Origin: Escherichia coli
Lineage (GTDB): Bacteria > Pseudomonadota > Gammaproteobacteria > Enterobacterales > Enterobacteriaceae
Assembly (NCBI RefSeq): GCF_003018255.1
Contig: NZ_CP027440.1
Reading direction: 5' to 3' (one strand)
DNA: 64,000 nucleotides
Made by a program: the position numbers and the translations under genes. Shown here piece after piece: positions 39,472-46,231 of this stretch. The notes under the pieces are model-generated. The model was not told where the DNA came from, did not search any database, and saw only the letters and a list, made by a program, of their open reading frames with translations. Position 1 is the stretch's first letter; the number at the start of each line of letters is the position of its first letter.

Positions 39472-39584
39472 ATTGTTACTGTTATGGATATCCAGATTGT
39501 TAAAGAGCATGCCGGATGCTTGCTTGTGTCCGGCGCGTGTGCACCAGTTCTCCCCGTGGAGGATTCCTTAACTACCAGACTTCA

Positions 39585-39737
39585 TTAGTCAGAGTTTCTT
39601 GCTAACCAGCGACGCGCGCCAGCTTCAGTTTTAAACGTTTTGCTTCTGGTATACGTCATCGCGGTAAACGTGCCGTCCTGGTTGGGAAACACGCCGCATA
39701 CCAGAGATTCGTTGTTGCCAAGATTGAGCGTATCCAT
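39585..39737 (-). CDS. ydfA: YdfA-like protein (DUF1391)
   Basis: 50-aa ORF not in the track: MDTLNLGNNESLVCGVFPNQDGTFTAMTYTRSKTFKTEAGARRWLARNSD, near-identical in pattern to K-12 YdfA. First gene after the PL-like promoter. Confidence 0.75.
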   Translation of the reverse strand: MDTLNLGNNESLVCGVFPNQDGTFTAMTYTRSKTFKTEAGARRWLARNSD

Positions 39738-39914
39738 GTTGACCTCATTCCCCCTTAACGCCGGGGCGCGGAACTAAAAACCTGCTGCGCTGTTATACAA
39801 AGTGTTCCCGCCGTCATGTTCATACGCCTCGGGCTGGCTACTTAACCCCTGACCACTGCCGGGTAACTCGAAGTATTGCCTGGCGTTCTGTGGGATGGGG
39901 TTGGAATAAAATAA

Positions 39915-39961
39915 AGTTTAGAAAAATGAACTTTATGAGTCAATGTTTTTTTTATCAAAAC
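39915..39961 (-). promoter_or_regulatory. PL-like early-left promoter with operator
   Basis: On the - strand, TTGACT (39943-39938), a 17-nt spacer, then TAAACT (39920-39915). GTTTTGATAAAAAAAAC lies immediately upstream (39961-39945) and shares the GTTTTGAT..AAAAC pattern with the cI-cro intergenic sites. Confidence 0.55.
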
Positions 39962-40022
39962 ATGACAGCAGGCAGCTGTTAAGCCATCAATATGATGGCG
40001 TACAGTAAATTAAGGGGATTAG

Positions 40023-40661
40023 TTAAATATCTTGTTGAATTTTAAAGCATACACCTAAAATGCGGGATATATCATCCAGCATGATTGATGGGTAGCGTGG
40101 ATTTGAGGGAACTAAGAGGATGTCAGGTCCTTCTATTTCCAATTTACGAATTACTGGTGTAGTTGTTCCTTTTGGTAATGCTAGAACAATATTGCCATGT
40201 TGTGCGGTTCGATCTGGGTCGACAAAGACCGTTGATCCATTCGGAATTGATACACTTCCGCCTGCGGCAGACATACTATCGCTCTCTAGAACTACTGCAA
40301 ATGTATTGACAGAAGTTTCACCAGCGAGCTGAACACAAGAGAGTCCTGAGGTATTTGTCATATAATCACTCCAACTTGCTGCCTGCTGAAGTGATAGTAG
40401 CGGAACCCTTTTTACCGGCGGCAAAGATAGATCACTATATTCACTTATATTTAACACACCTCCATTAAGAAGCCAGTTTTCACTTACTTTCAAGATCTTG
40501 GCGAGAGAGCTTATGTAACGAGCGGATGGAGTACCTCCACCGTTTATCCACTGACTGACAGAGCCCTTTGATGCGCCTGTAGCGATGGCAAGGTGCTTTC
40601 CCTTCAGATTTAGCGCGTTCATGCGCTGAGTGATGCGTTCAGATATTGTTTGCTTAGTCAT
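40023..40661 (-). CDS. cI: CI-type prophage repressor (HTH + S24 LexA-like peptidase)
   Basis: 212 aa. N-terminal XRE HTH (LAIATGASKGSVSQWINGG) and a C-terminal autocleavage domain (ESDSM...K). Divergent from the cro-like gene. Confidence 0.9.
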   Translation of the reverse strand: MTKQTISERITQRMNALNLKGKHLAIATGASKGSVSQWINGGGTPSARYISSLAKILKVSENWLLNGGVLNISEYSDLSLPPVKRVPLLSLQQAASWSDYMTNTSGLSCVQLAGETSVNTFAVVLESDSMSAAGGSVSIPNGSTVFVDPDRTAQHGNIVLALPKGTTTPVIRKLEIEGPDILLVPSNPRYPSIMLDDISRILGVCFKIQQDI

Positions 40662-40745
40662 GTTTTGATTTTAAAACACTAGAGGTTTTGTTTCTTGACT
40701 TTCTTTTGTTTTGATTATTAAACTTTGTTTGTTCAGTTTTCTGGA
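40662..40745. promoter_or_regulatory. OR/PR/PRM-like divergent control region
   Basis: 91-nt AT-rich spacer with repeated 16-mers GTTTTGATTTTAAAAC (40662-40677) and GTTTTGATTATTAAAC (40708-40723), and a TTGACT -35 candidate at 40695-40700. Confidence 0.55.
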
Positions 40746-40752
40746 GTGAACT

Positions 40753-40983
40753 ATGAAAAAATCAGAAGTTTTAGGATATTTTGGCGGTGTTGTTAAAACA
40801 GCATCAGCGCTAGGAACTTCGAAAACCACAGTCAGCATGTGGGGAGAGAATGTTCCGTGGAAATGGGCGTTGCTTATTCAGGCTGTTACTGATGGCGCAC
40901 TTAAGTATGAGTTGCATGTACCAACGGTTACCATTCCATGTGTTGATTGTAAGTCACTTTCAGATCAGGGAGTTGATTCATGA
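40753..40983 (+). CDS. cro: Cro-like regulator (YdaS/DicC family)
   Basis: 76 aa with an HTH (KTASALGTSKTTVSMW). Its position is divergent from cI, and its size and pattern resemble DicC/YdaS. Confidence 0.75.
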   Translation: MKKSEVLGYFGGVVKTASALGTSKTTVSMWGENVPWKWALLIQAVTDGALKYELHVPTVTIPCVDCKSLSDQGVDS

Positions 40984-41417
40984 AAATCACGCATGAACAT
41001 ATCCGCATGGCGATGAATGCGTGGCTGCTTTATCCGAGGGTAGGGCGCAAAAAAATCGCTGATGATATAGCGACAGCATATTTTGAGCTTGAAATGACTT
41101 ATCCACCAATGCATGACACCTCTACGACAGAGGGTATTGGATTGAACATACAAAATATTTTTCGCTGGCTTGAAAAGGATACGCCTGATGCTGTTGAAAA
41201 AATTCAGGCACTAATTCCGGCTATCCTGACTGTTCTTCCGCGTGAACTGCGTTATCACCTCAGTATTTTTGACACTGTTGAGCGCCGTGCATTACTGGCG
41301 GCGCAGGAAGCGTTGAGCACGGCAATTGATGCACATGATGATGCAGTCCAGGCCGTTTACCGGAAAGCGTATTTCAGCGACAGCGGGTCATCCGGCGAGT
41401 CTGTTGTGGTGCATTGA
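40980..41417 (+). CDS. ydaT: YdaT-family protein (CII functional analogue)
   Basis: 145 aa. The C-terminal ...LPRELR..L.IFDT.ERRALLAAQEALSTAIDAHDDAVQAVYRKA.FS matches Rac YdaT from memory. ATGA overlap with cro. Confidence 0.8.
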   Translation: MKITHEHIRMAMNAWLLYPRVGRKKIADDIATAYFELEMTYPPMHDTSTTEGIGLNIQNIFRWLEKDTPDAVEKIQALIPAILTVLPRELRYHLSIFDTVERRALLAAQEALSTAIDAHDDAVQAVYRKAYFSDSGSSGESVVVH

Positions 41418-41503
41418 TATTTATGCCAGACCCCTGCTGATTCTGTTGATTGGGGAATCACAGAATATCACCAGAGGATGGTTCGTCACAAGATGAGGCA
41501 ATT

Positions 41504-42514
41504 ATGGCCGCATTACCATACATGCAACTGTACATAGCTGATTACCTGGCTGACACCATGCATTTGTCCGCAGAGGAGCACGGCGCGTATTTGTTGTTGA
41601 TGTTCAATTACTGGCAAACAGGGAAACCAATACCTAAAAACAGGCTGGCAAAAATTTCCCGTCTGACTAACGAGCGATGGGCTGATGTGGAACCATCCTT
41701 GCGGGAGTTTTTTTGCGATAACGGCGATGAATGGGTGCATCTTCGGATTGAGGAAGATCTGGCATCAGTCAGGGAAAAATTAACCAAAAAATCAGCCGCC
41801 GGAAAAGCATCTGTTCAGGCCAGAAGAAGCAGAAAGGAAGCATATGTTCAAACAAAACAAGAGAGAGATTTAACAGGCGTTCAAACAAATGTTGGTGTTG
41901 TGTTTGAACATGACGCAAACACAAAAGCAACTAATAAAGATACAGATCTAAAAGAATTAAACCCCACACATAACGTGCGTGAACGCGAGAGTATTCCGAC
42001 CAGTGAGTCGCATGGTGCGCTGTTGCAGACAGCCGAACCTGAATACCTGGACGGCCTGAGCGAACCGATCGGGAAATTTTCGATGACTACTGTCTGGCAG
42101 CCGTCGCCGGATTTTCGACAACGGGCAGCAGTGTGGGGTATGGCTCTGCCTGAGCCGGAATTTACACCTGCAGAGCTTGCCGCATTCCGGGATTACTGGA
42201 TGGCGGAGGGGAAGATTTTCACGCAGGTTCAGTGGGAGCAGAAATTTGCCCGCCACGTGCGGCACGTCAGGGCACAGGTAAAACCAGTCAGCAAGGGGGG
42301 AAGTCATGCAGCACCAGGTGGCACCGCATCACGGGCAGTTCAGGAAATCCGGGCTGCACGCGAACAGTGGGAACGTGAAAACGGATTTATCAGCAACGGA
42401 AACGGCCTGGAAGCTGTGGGAGCTCATGGGGGAGGTGTATTCGAACCGCTGGACTCAGAAGAACGGGGCCGCACCTTCGAAGCTCTGGATTGCCCAGATT
42501 GGTGCGATGACTGA
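41504..42514 (+). CDS. replication initiation protein, DUF1376 (YdaU-like)
   Basis: ATG at 41504 (MAALPYMQLYIADYLADTMHLSAEEHGAYLLLMFNYW = DUF1376 signature). Occupies the position of lambda O. Confidence 0.75.
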   Translation: MAALPYMQLYIADYLADTMHLSAEEHGAYLLLMFNYWQTGKPIPKNRLAKISRLTNERWADVEPSLREFFCDNGDEWVHLRIEEDLASVREKLTKKSAAGKASVQARRSRKEAYVQTKQERDLTGVQTNVGVVFEHDANTKATNKDTDLKELNPTHNVRERESIPTSESHGALLQTAEPEYLDGLSEPIGKFSMTTVWQPSPDFRQRAAVWGMALPEPEFTPAELAAFRDYWMAEGKIFTQVQWEQKFARHVRHVRAQVKPVSKGGSHAAPGGTASRAVQEIRAAREQWERENGFISNGNGLEAVGAHGGGVFEPLDSEERGRTFEALDCPDWCDD

Positions 42515-42968
42515 ACAGCAAATCCGTCTGGTCTGCCGTCAGTGCATGGACCGCTGCCGGGCGGGTGAAACGTGGCCCCCGGACCTGGCTGAGTTTGTTG
42601 CACTGATTTCGGAGAGTGGGGCAAATCCATTTGGTCTTACGGTGGATGCCGTGATGGAAGAGTACCGGCGCTGGCGCAATGAATCCTGGCGATACGACGG
42701 GAGTGATAAATACCCGTGGCCACAGCCTGTGCTGTACCACATCTGCCTCGAAATGCGTACCAGAGGGATTGAGCGCCAGATGACGCAGGGTGAGTTAAAA
42801 CGACTTGCGGAACGGCAACTGACGAAATGGGCAAAGCATGTTGGTAACGGGATGAGTGTTCCGCCAGTGCGACGACAACTGGAAGGGGCGAAACACCCGC
42901 AAGGGCCAACGCCAATTGAACGGCTGAAACAGGAATACGAACGCCGGAAGGCAGCTGGTTTTATTTGA
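42306..42968 (+). CDS. lambda P-like replication (helicase loader) protein
   Basis: Shows loose similarity to lambda P in places (...WPPDLAEFVALI.., YPW...Y.ICLEMR, compared from memory). The start is uncertain: candidates at 42306, 42375 and 42426 all overlap the upstream gene. Confidence 0.7.
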   Translation: MQHQVAPHHGQFRKSGLHANSGNVKTDLSATETAWKLWELMGEVYSNRWTQKNGAAPSKLWIAQIGAMTEQQIRLVCRQCMDRCRAGETWPPDLAEFVALISESGANPFGLTVDAVMEEYRRWRNESWRYDGSDKYPWPQPVLYHICLEMRTRGIERQMTQGELKRLAERQLTKWAKHVGNGMSVPPVRRQLEGAKHPQGPTPIERLKQEYERRKAAGFI

Positions 42969-43001
42969 ATCTGAGAAACGATTTTGTCGGAGGAAATTTT
43001 A

Positions 43002-43718
43002 ATGGAAACTGTATTTGACGCACTGAAAGCACTGAAAAGAGCCTCTTCACAGGTAGTGGCGGCCCGCCTTGGAATCAGCCGTGAAGATGCGGTCAACGAA
43101 CTGTGGAAACTGAAGCGCCGCGGTGAAGCGGATAACAAGGGTTCGATGTGGTGGCTGATTCAGGCTGGTGAAAGTGAACCGGTGTCACCGGTACCGAAAG
43201 TGACAGCGCAAATGCTGATTAAGGCGATTGAACAACATGGCCCACAAACGGCAGATGAGCTGGCACTGATGTTCGGGATTACCTCCCGCCGGGCGAATTC
43301 ATCGCTGGCCATGGCAATCAGCAAAGGGCGTCTGATTCGCGTGAATCAGGGCGGTAAATTTCGTTACTGCATACCGGGCGCTGATTTACCGGCAGAGCCG
43401 GAAGCTGCATCCGTAGCGGAAACAGATGGTAAAGCCTTTCCTCAGCCAGCAGGTGTTGCGTTACCAGTCCGGGAAACGACGACACAGGAAGAAATGAAAA
43501 CAGAAATCGTGGAAGACATTGTGAAGTTACAGCCATCGGTCACCGAAACGAAAGCAGATGACCTGATTCTACCATCGCTGCATGTGGCTAACCGCGAGCT
43601 GCGCCGGGCAAAAGGTCAGGTTCAGAAGTGGGAGCGTGTCTGCGCCGCGCTGCGGGAACTGAACAAACACAGGGATATTCTCCGGGATATTACCGCCACC
43701 AGAGAGCTGCTGCGGTGA
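43002..43718 (+). CDS. hypothetical phage protein (DUF1627-like)
   Basis: ATG at 43002 after a GGAGGA SD, 238 aa. N-terminal winged-helix-like [30 protein letters not shown]. The family label is from memory of Stx-phage annotations. Confidence 0.6.
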   Translation: METVFDALKALKRASSQVVAARLGISREDAVNELWKLKRRGEADNKGSMWWLIQAGESEPVSPVPKVTAQMLIKAIEQHGPQTADELALMFGITSRRANSSLAMAISKGRLIRVNQGGKFRYCIPGADLPAEPEAASVAETDGKAFPQPAGVALPVRETTTQEEMKTEIVEDIVKLQPSVTETKADDLILPSLHVANRELRRAKGQVQKWERVCAALRELNKHRDILRDITATRELLR

Positions 43719-44032
43719 GTGGCTGGAAGAAGTGGCGCTGGGCGGAAATTATGATACTCCGGCAGTGTGCGGGAACGATGACAGTCGAAAGCATCGGCAG
43801 TCTGATTGGCCGTAGTGGGGCTGCCGTCAGGACGAAAGCGCGGGAACTGGGTATCTGCATGATGTTACGGGGTGATTATCACCAGTCAGCCAAATGTTCA
43901 CAGCGTGATATTGAGCTGGCGCGGCAATTGCATCAGCGTGGCGTACCCCGACGGGAAATTGCCGAAAAGTTTGGGATGAAGTTGGGCGCAGTGAATAACT
44001 ACGTTTATTTCGACAGGAGGGTTCAGGCGTGA
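43715..44032 (+). CDS. small HTH DNA-binding protein
   Basis: The GTG at 43715 overlaps the upstream stop (GTGA), giving 105 aa. Sigma-70 region-4/GcrA-like HTH ([20 protein letters not shown]). The track start at 43628 lies inside the previous gene. Confidence 0.55.
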   Translation: MSGWKKWRWAEIMILRQCAGTMTVESIGSLIGRSGAAVRTKARELGICMMLRGDYHQSAKCSQRDIELARQLHQRGVPRREIAEKFGMKLGAVNNYVYFDRRVQA

Positions 44033-44334
44033 GGGTGAGAATTTATATCGCCGGTCCGATGACGGGATATGAAAATTTCAACCGTGAGGCGTTTCACAAG
44101 GCGGAAGAAGCACTGAAACAGGAAGGGCATACCGTATTAAATCCCGCAGTACTTCCGGACGGGCTGACTCAGCCACATTACATGGATATTTGCATGGCAA
44201 TGATTCGTTGTGTGGATGCGGTTTATATGCTGGAAGGCTGGCAGCGGTCGGCAGGCGCTAAGGCAGAGCTGGCACTGGCGGAGAAACTGGGGCATGCAGT
44301 TATTTTCCAGGAGGCAACCAGTGAGCGAAATTAA
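44029..44334 (+). CDS. DUF4406 (nucleoside 2-deoxyribosyltransferase-like) protein
   Basis: 101 aa. [22 protein letters not shown]...VYMLEGWQRSAGAKAELALA is the DUF4406 pattern. GTGA-coupled start. Confidence 0.65.
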   Translation: MRVRIYIAGPMTGYENFNREAFHKAEEALKQEGHTVLNPAVLPDGLTQPHYMDICMAMIRCVDAVYMLEGWQRSAGAKAELALAEKLGHAVIFQEATSERN

Positions 44335-44481
44335 TTACCAGGAACTACGGCAGGTGAAAGAGAAAGCATAATCCAGAACTGAATAATTAAAATCAGCACT
44401 GTAAATAAAATTTAATCCTTAACCGGAGGGATTCCTGCACCCTCAGAACATCAGGAGACCGCCCGGCAGGGCGGTAGTGAA

Positions 44482-44664
44482 ATGCGAAAGTTCAAAATAA
44501 TTATTGAAACGGGAATCGCCGGTGGAGATTCCGAGGATGAATTCGAAGTGAATGATGATGCGACGCCTGATGAAATTCATAACGAAGCAAAAGAAATTTT
44601 CTTTAACTACTGCAATTACTCATATCACGAAATAAAAGACGAAGAGGAAGAACAAAATGGCTGA
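44482..44664 (+). CDS. hypothetical very acidic 60-aa protein
   Basis: 18 D/E versus 5 K/R by my count. First ORF of the cassette bracketed by the duplicated 24-mer. Confidence 0.45.
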   Translation: MRKFKIIIETGIAGGDSEDEFEVNDDATPDEIHNEAKEIFFNYCNYSYHEIKDEEEEQNG

Positions 44665-44833
44665 TTTTGGTTCAACTAAATACAACGTCAGTTTTGAAGA
44701 ATGGCATGAACTGTTAATGGACTATGCAGAGTTACGTGGTGGAAGTGCCGCCGATGCTGAAGCATGGCGTGATGACTATGAAGCAGGAAAAACTCCGGTC
44801 GAAGCATATTGTGATGAGTGGGGCTATGAATGA
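44657..44833 (+). CDS. hypothetical acidic 58-aa protein
   Basis: Not in the track (below 60 aa): MADFGSTKYNVSFEEWHELLMDYAELRGGSAADAEAWRDDYEAGKTPVEAYCDEWGYE, with 15 D/E versus 4 K/R. Overlaps the previous ORF by 8 nt, and its stop overlaps the next ATG (ATGA). Confidence 0.45.
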   Translation: MADFGSTKYNVSFEEWHELLMDYAELRGGSAADAEAWRDDYEAGKTPVEAYCDEWGYE

Positions 44834-45345
44834 GCGAGATTAATTATCAGGAAGGGCATGAAACGGCAGGGCAGGCAAAACCAGTGGCATGGCGATATCG
44901 CTACGTGAAGAAAGACGTTACAGACTTTCAGGGGAAGCTGTGGGTTGGTGACTGGAAATATGTACCGACAAAAGAGGATTGCAACGACAGACCGAACTAT
45001 GAAATTCAGGCCTTATTCATCGGCCCGCCAGTCCCGGTGACATCAGAAGGACTGGTTAAAGCTGTGCGCTTTTATGAACAGGTAAAGCGTGAGAATCCGC
45101 CAGTCGAAACAGGAGCATGGAAGGATGCTGTTGACTGGGTGCTCAGAGAGGCCTGCTGTGCTGCCATTCTGGGTAAAGCCGACAATCCACCAGCATCCGG
45201 CAATCAGGTTAGCGAATTAGCAATGTGGGTTAAACGGCTGGTCAGCCAACTGAAAAAAGCGAAGCCGGACTGCAAATTACCGGATAAGGCGATGGACTAC
45301 CTGAAGCGAAACGGACTGATAAACGAGGAGAATATTTTACGATGA
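44830..45345 (+). CDS. hypothetical phage protein
   Basis: 171-aa ORF translationally coupled on both sides. No family recognised. Confidence 0.6.
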   Translation: MSEINYQEGHETAGQAKPVAWRYRYVKKDVTDFQGKLWVGDWKYVPTKEDCNDRPNYEIQALFIGPPVPVTSEGLVKAVRFYEQVKRENPPVETGAWKDAVDWVLREACCAAILGKADNPPASGNQVSELAMWVKRLVSQLKKAKPDCKLPDKAMDYLKRNGLINEENILR

Positions 45346-45425
45346 CCTGGCCTGAAGCGTTCATAACGGTAGGAATTGCAATGGCGGTGGCGCTGGTGGT
45401 GTATTCGATTTGCCGCTGGGGATAA
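45342..45425 (+). CDS. possible 27-aa single-TM peptide
   Basis: MTWPEAFITVGIAMAVALVVYSICRWG. ATGA overlap with the upstream stop. Too short to be sure. Confidence 0.3.
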   Translation: MTWPEAFITVGIAMAVALVVYSICRWG

Positions 45426-45524
45426 AAACGGTTTGCGGGGAAAGAAGAGTTAAGTAGAATTGCTGCGGGTGCTTGAGGCTGTCTGCCTCGGGCATGCCGA
45501 CGTAAGGCAGACAGAGAAAAGCCC

Positions 45525-45587
45525 CAGTTAACATTATGCGTCTTGCAGGACGCTTAACATTAATCTGAGGCCATATCTATGACTTGC
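45525..45587 (-). ncRNA. sok: Sok-like antisense RNA (predicted)
   Basis: On the - strand, TTGCCT (45622-45617), a 17-nt spacer, then TAATCT (45599-45594), facing into the mok leader as in hok/sok loci. The 3' end is not defined (GCGTC-CTGCAA-GACGC hairpin nearby). Confidence 0.4.
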
Positions 45588-45791
45588 ACACTTAGATTAG
45601 CCTCTTATGCGCCGAAAGGCAAGGAGCAGCAGGCTATGAAGCAGCAAAAGGCGATGCTAATCGCCCTGATCGTCATCTGTATTACCGTCGTTGTAACGGT
45701 ACTGGTAACGAGGAAAGACCTCTGCGAGGTACGAATCCGAACCGGCCAGACGGAGGTCGCTGTCTTCACAGCTTACGAATCTGAGAAGTAA
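45579..45791 (+). CDS. mok: Mok-like modulator ORF (in-frame N-terminal extension of Hok)
   Basis: 70-aa ORF containing the whole hok frame, like K-12 MokC/HokC. Confidence 0.6.
   Translation: MTCTLRLASYAPKGKEQQAMKQQKAMLIALIVICITVVVTVLVTRKDLCEVRIRTGQTEVAVFTAYESEK
45636..45791 (+). CDS. hok: Hok/Gef-family type I toxin
   Basis: 51 aa. MKQQKAMLIALIVICITVVVTVLVTRKDLCEVRIRTGQTEVAVFTAYESEK is near-identical in pattern to HokC/HokD. Confidence 0.85.
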   Translation: MKQQKAMLIALIVICITVVVTVLVTRKDLCEVRIRTGQTEVAVFTAYESEK

Positions 45792-45860
45792 GAGACCCGG
45801 CGAGGGAGAAATCCCTCGCCACCTCTGATGTGTCAGGCATCCTCAACGCACCCGCACTTA

Positions 45861-45886
45861 ACCCGCTTCTGCGGGTTTTGTTTTTT
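45861..45886 (+). terminator. hok mRNA terminator
   Basis: ACCCGC-TTCT-GCGGGT hairpin followed by TTTGTTTTTT. The preceding CCTCAACGCACCC is complementary to the 5' GGGTGCTTGAGG (45468-45479), the fbi-type fold-back seen in hok mRNAs. Confidence 0.7.
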
Positions 45887-45957
45887 CCTGGCATTCTGGT
45901 TTACAATTCGCACGCCGGCCTGAACAACTGGCACCTGCTGTGTCACCGGAGAACCCG

Positions 45958-46230
45958 ATGGCGCAACGTATAAAATCCCACAATTCTGAAGCCGTCCCGG
46001 CCATTAAGCGGGGGCGGCATTCGCACGTATTTAAAACCGACTGGTACCAGCATCCCCCATGCACTGAAGAACAGGCCGAATGGCTGATTCAGTGTTACCG
46101 CAGGCGCGGATACGAGGTTAAGAAAGCCATCAGCCTCGATTATCGTCACTGGATAATCTCTGTCAGGCTCCCTTATTCCGAACATCCACCGCGTCCGTCC
46201 CGCACATTCCAGCAACGTATCTGGAGGTAA
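45958..46230 (+). CDS. hypothetical phage protein (positional equivalent of Qin rem)
   Basis: ATG at 45958 after a GGAGA SD, 90 aa. Not recognised. Lies between hok and the ydfU-like gene, like rem in Qin. Confidence 0.55.
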   Translation: MAQRIKSHNSEAVPAIKRGRHSHVFKTDWYQHPPCTEEQAEWLIQCYRRRGYEVKKAISLDYRHWIISVRLPYSEHPPRPSRTFQQRIWR

Positions 46231-46231
46231 C

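Noticed and set aside
39073-39510. 145-aa - strand ORF downstream of the ydfA-like gene. It would have fitted the PL operon orientation.
   Set aside because: Its translation is low-complexity (I/F/K/L-rich) and is the exact antisense of the + strand ORF, which has coherent coiled-coil and CxxC features. I kept the + strand call but flag the ambiguity.
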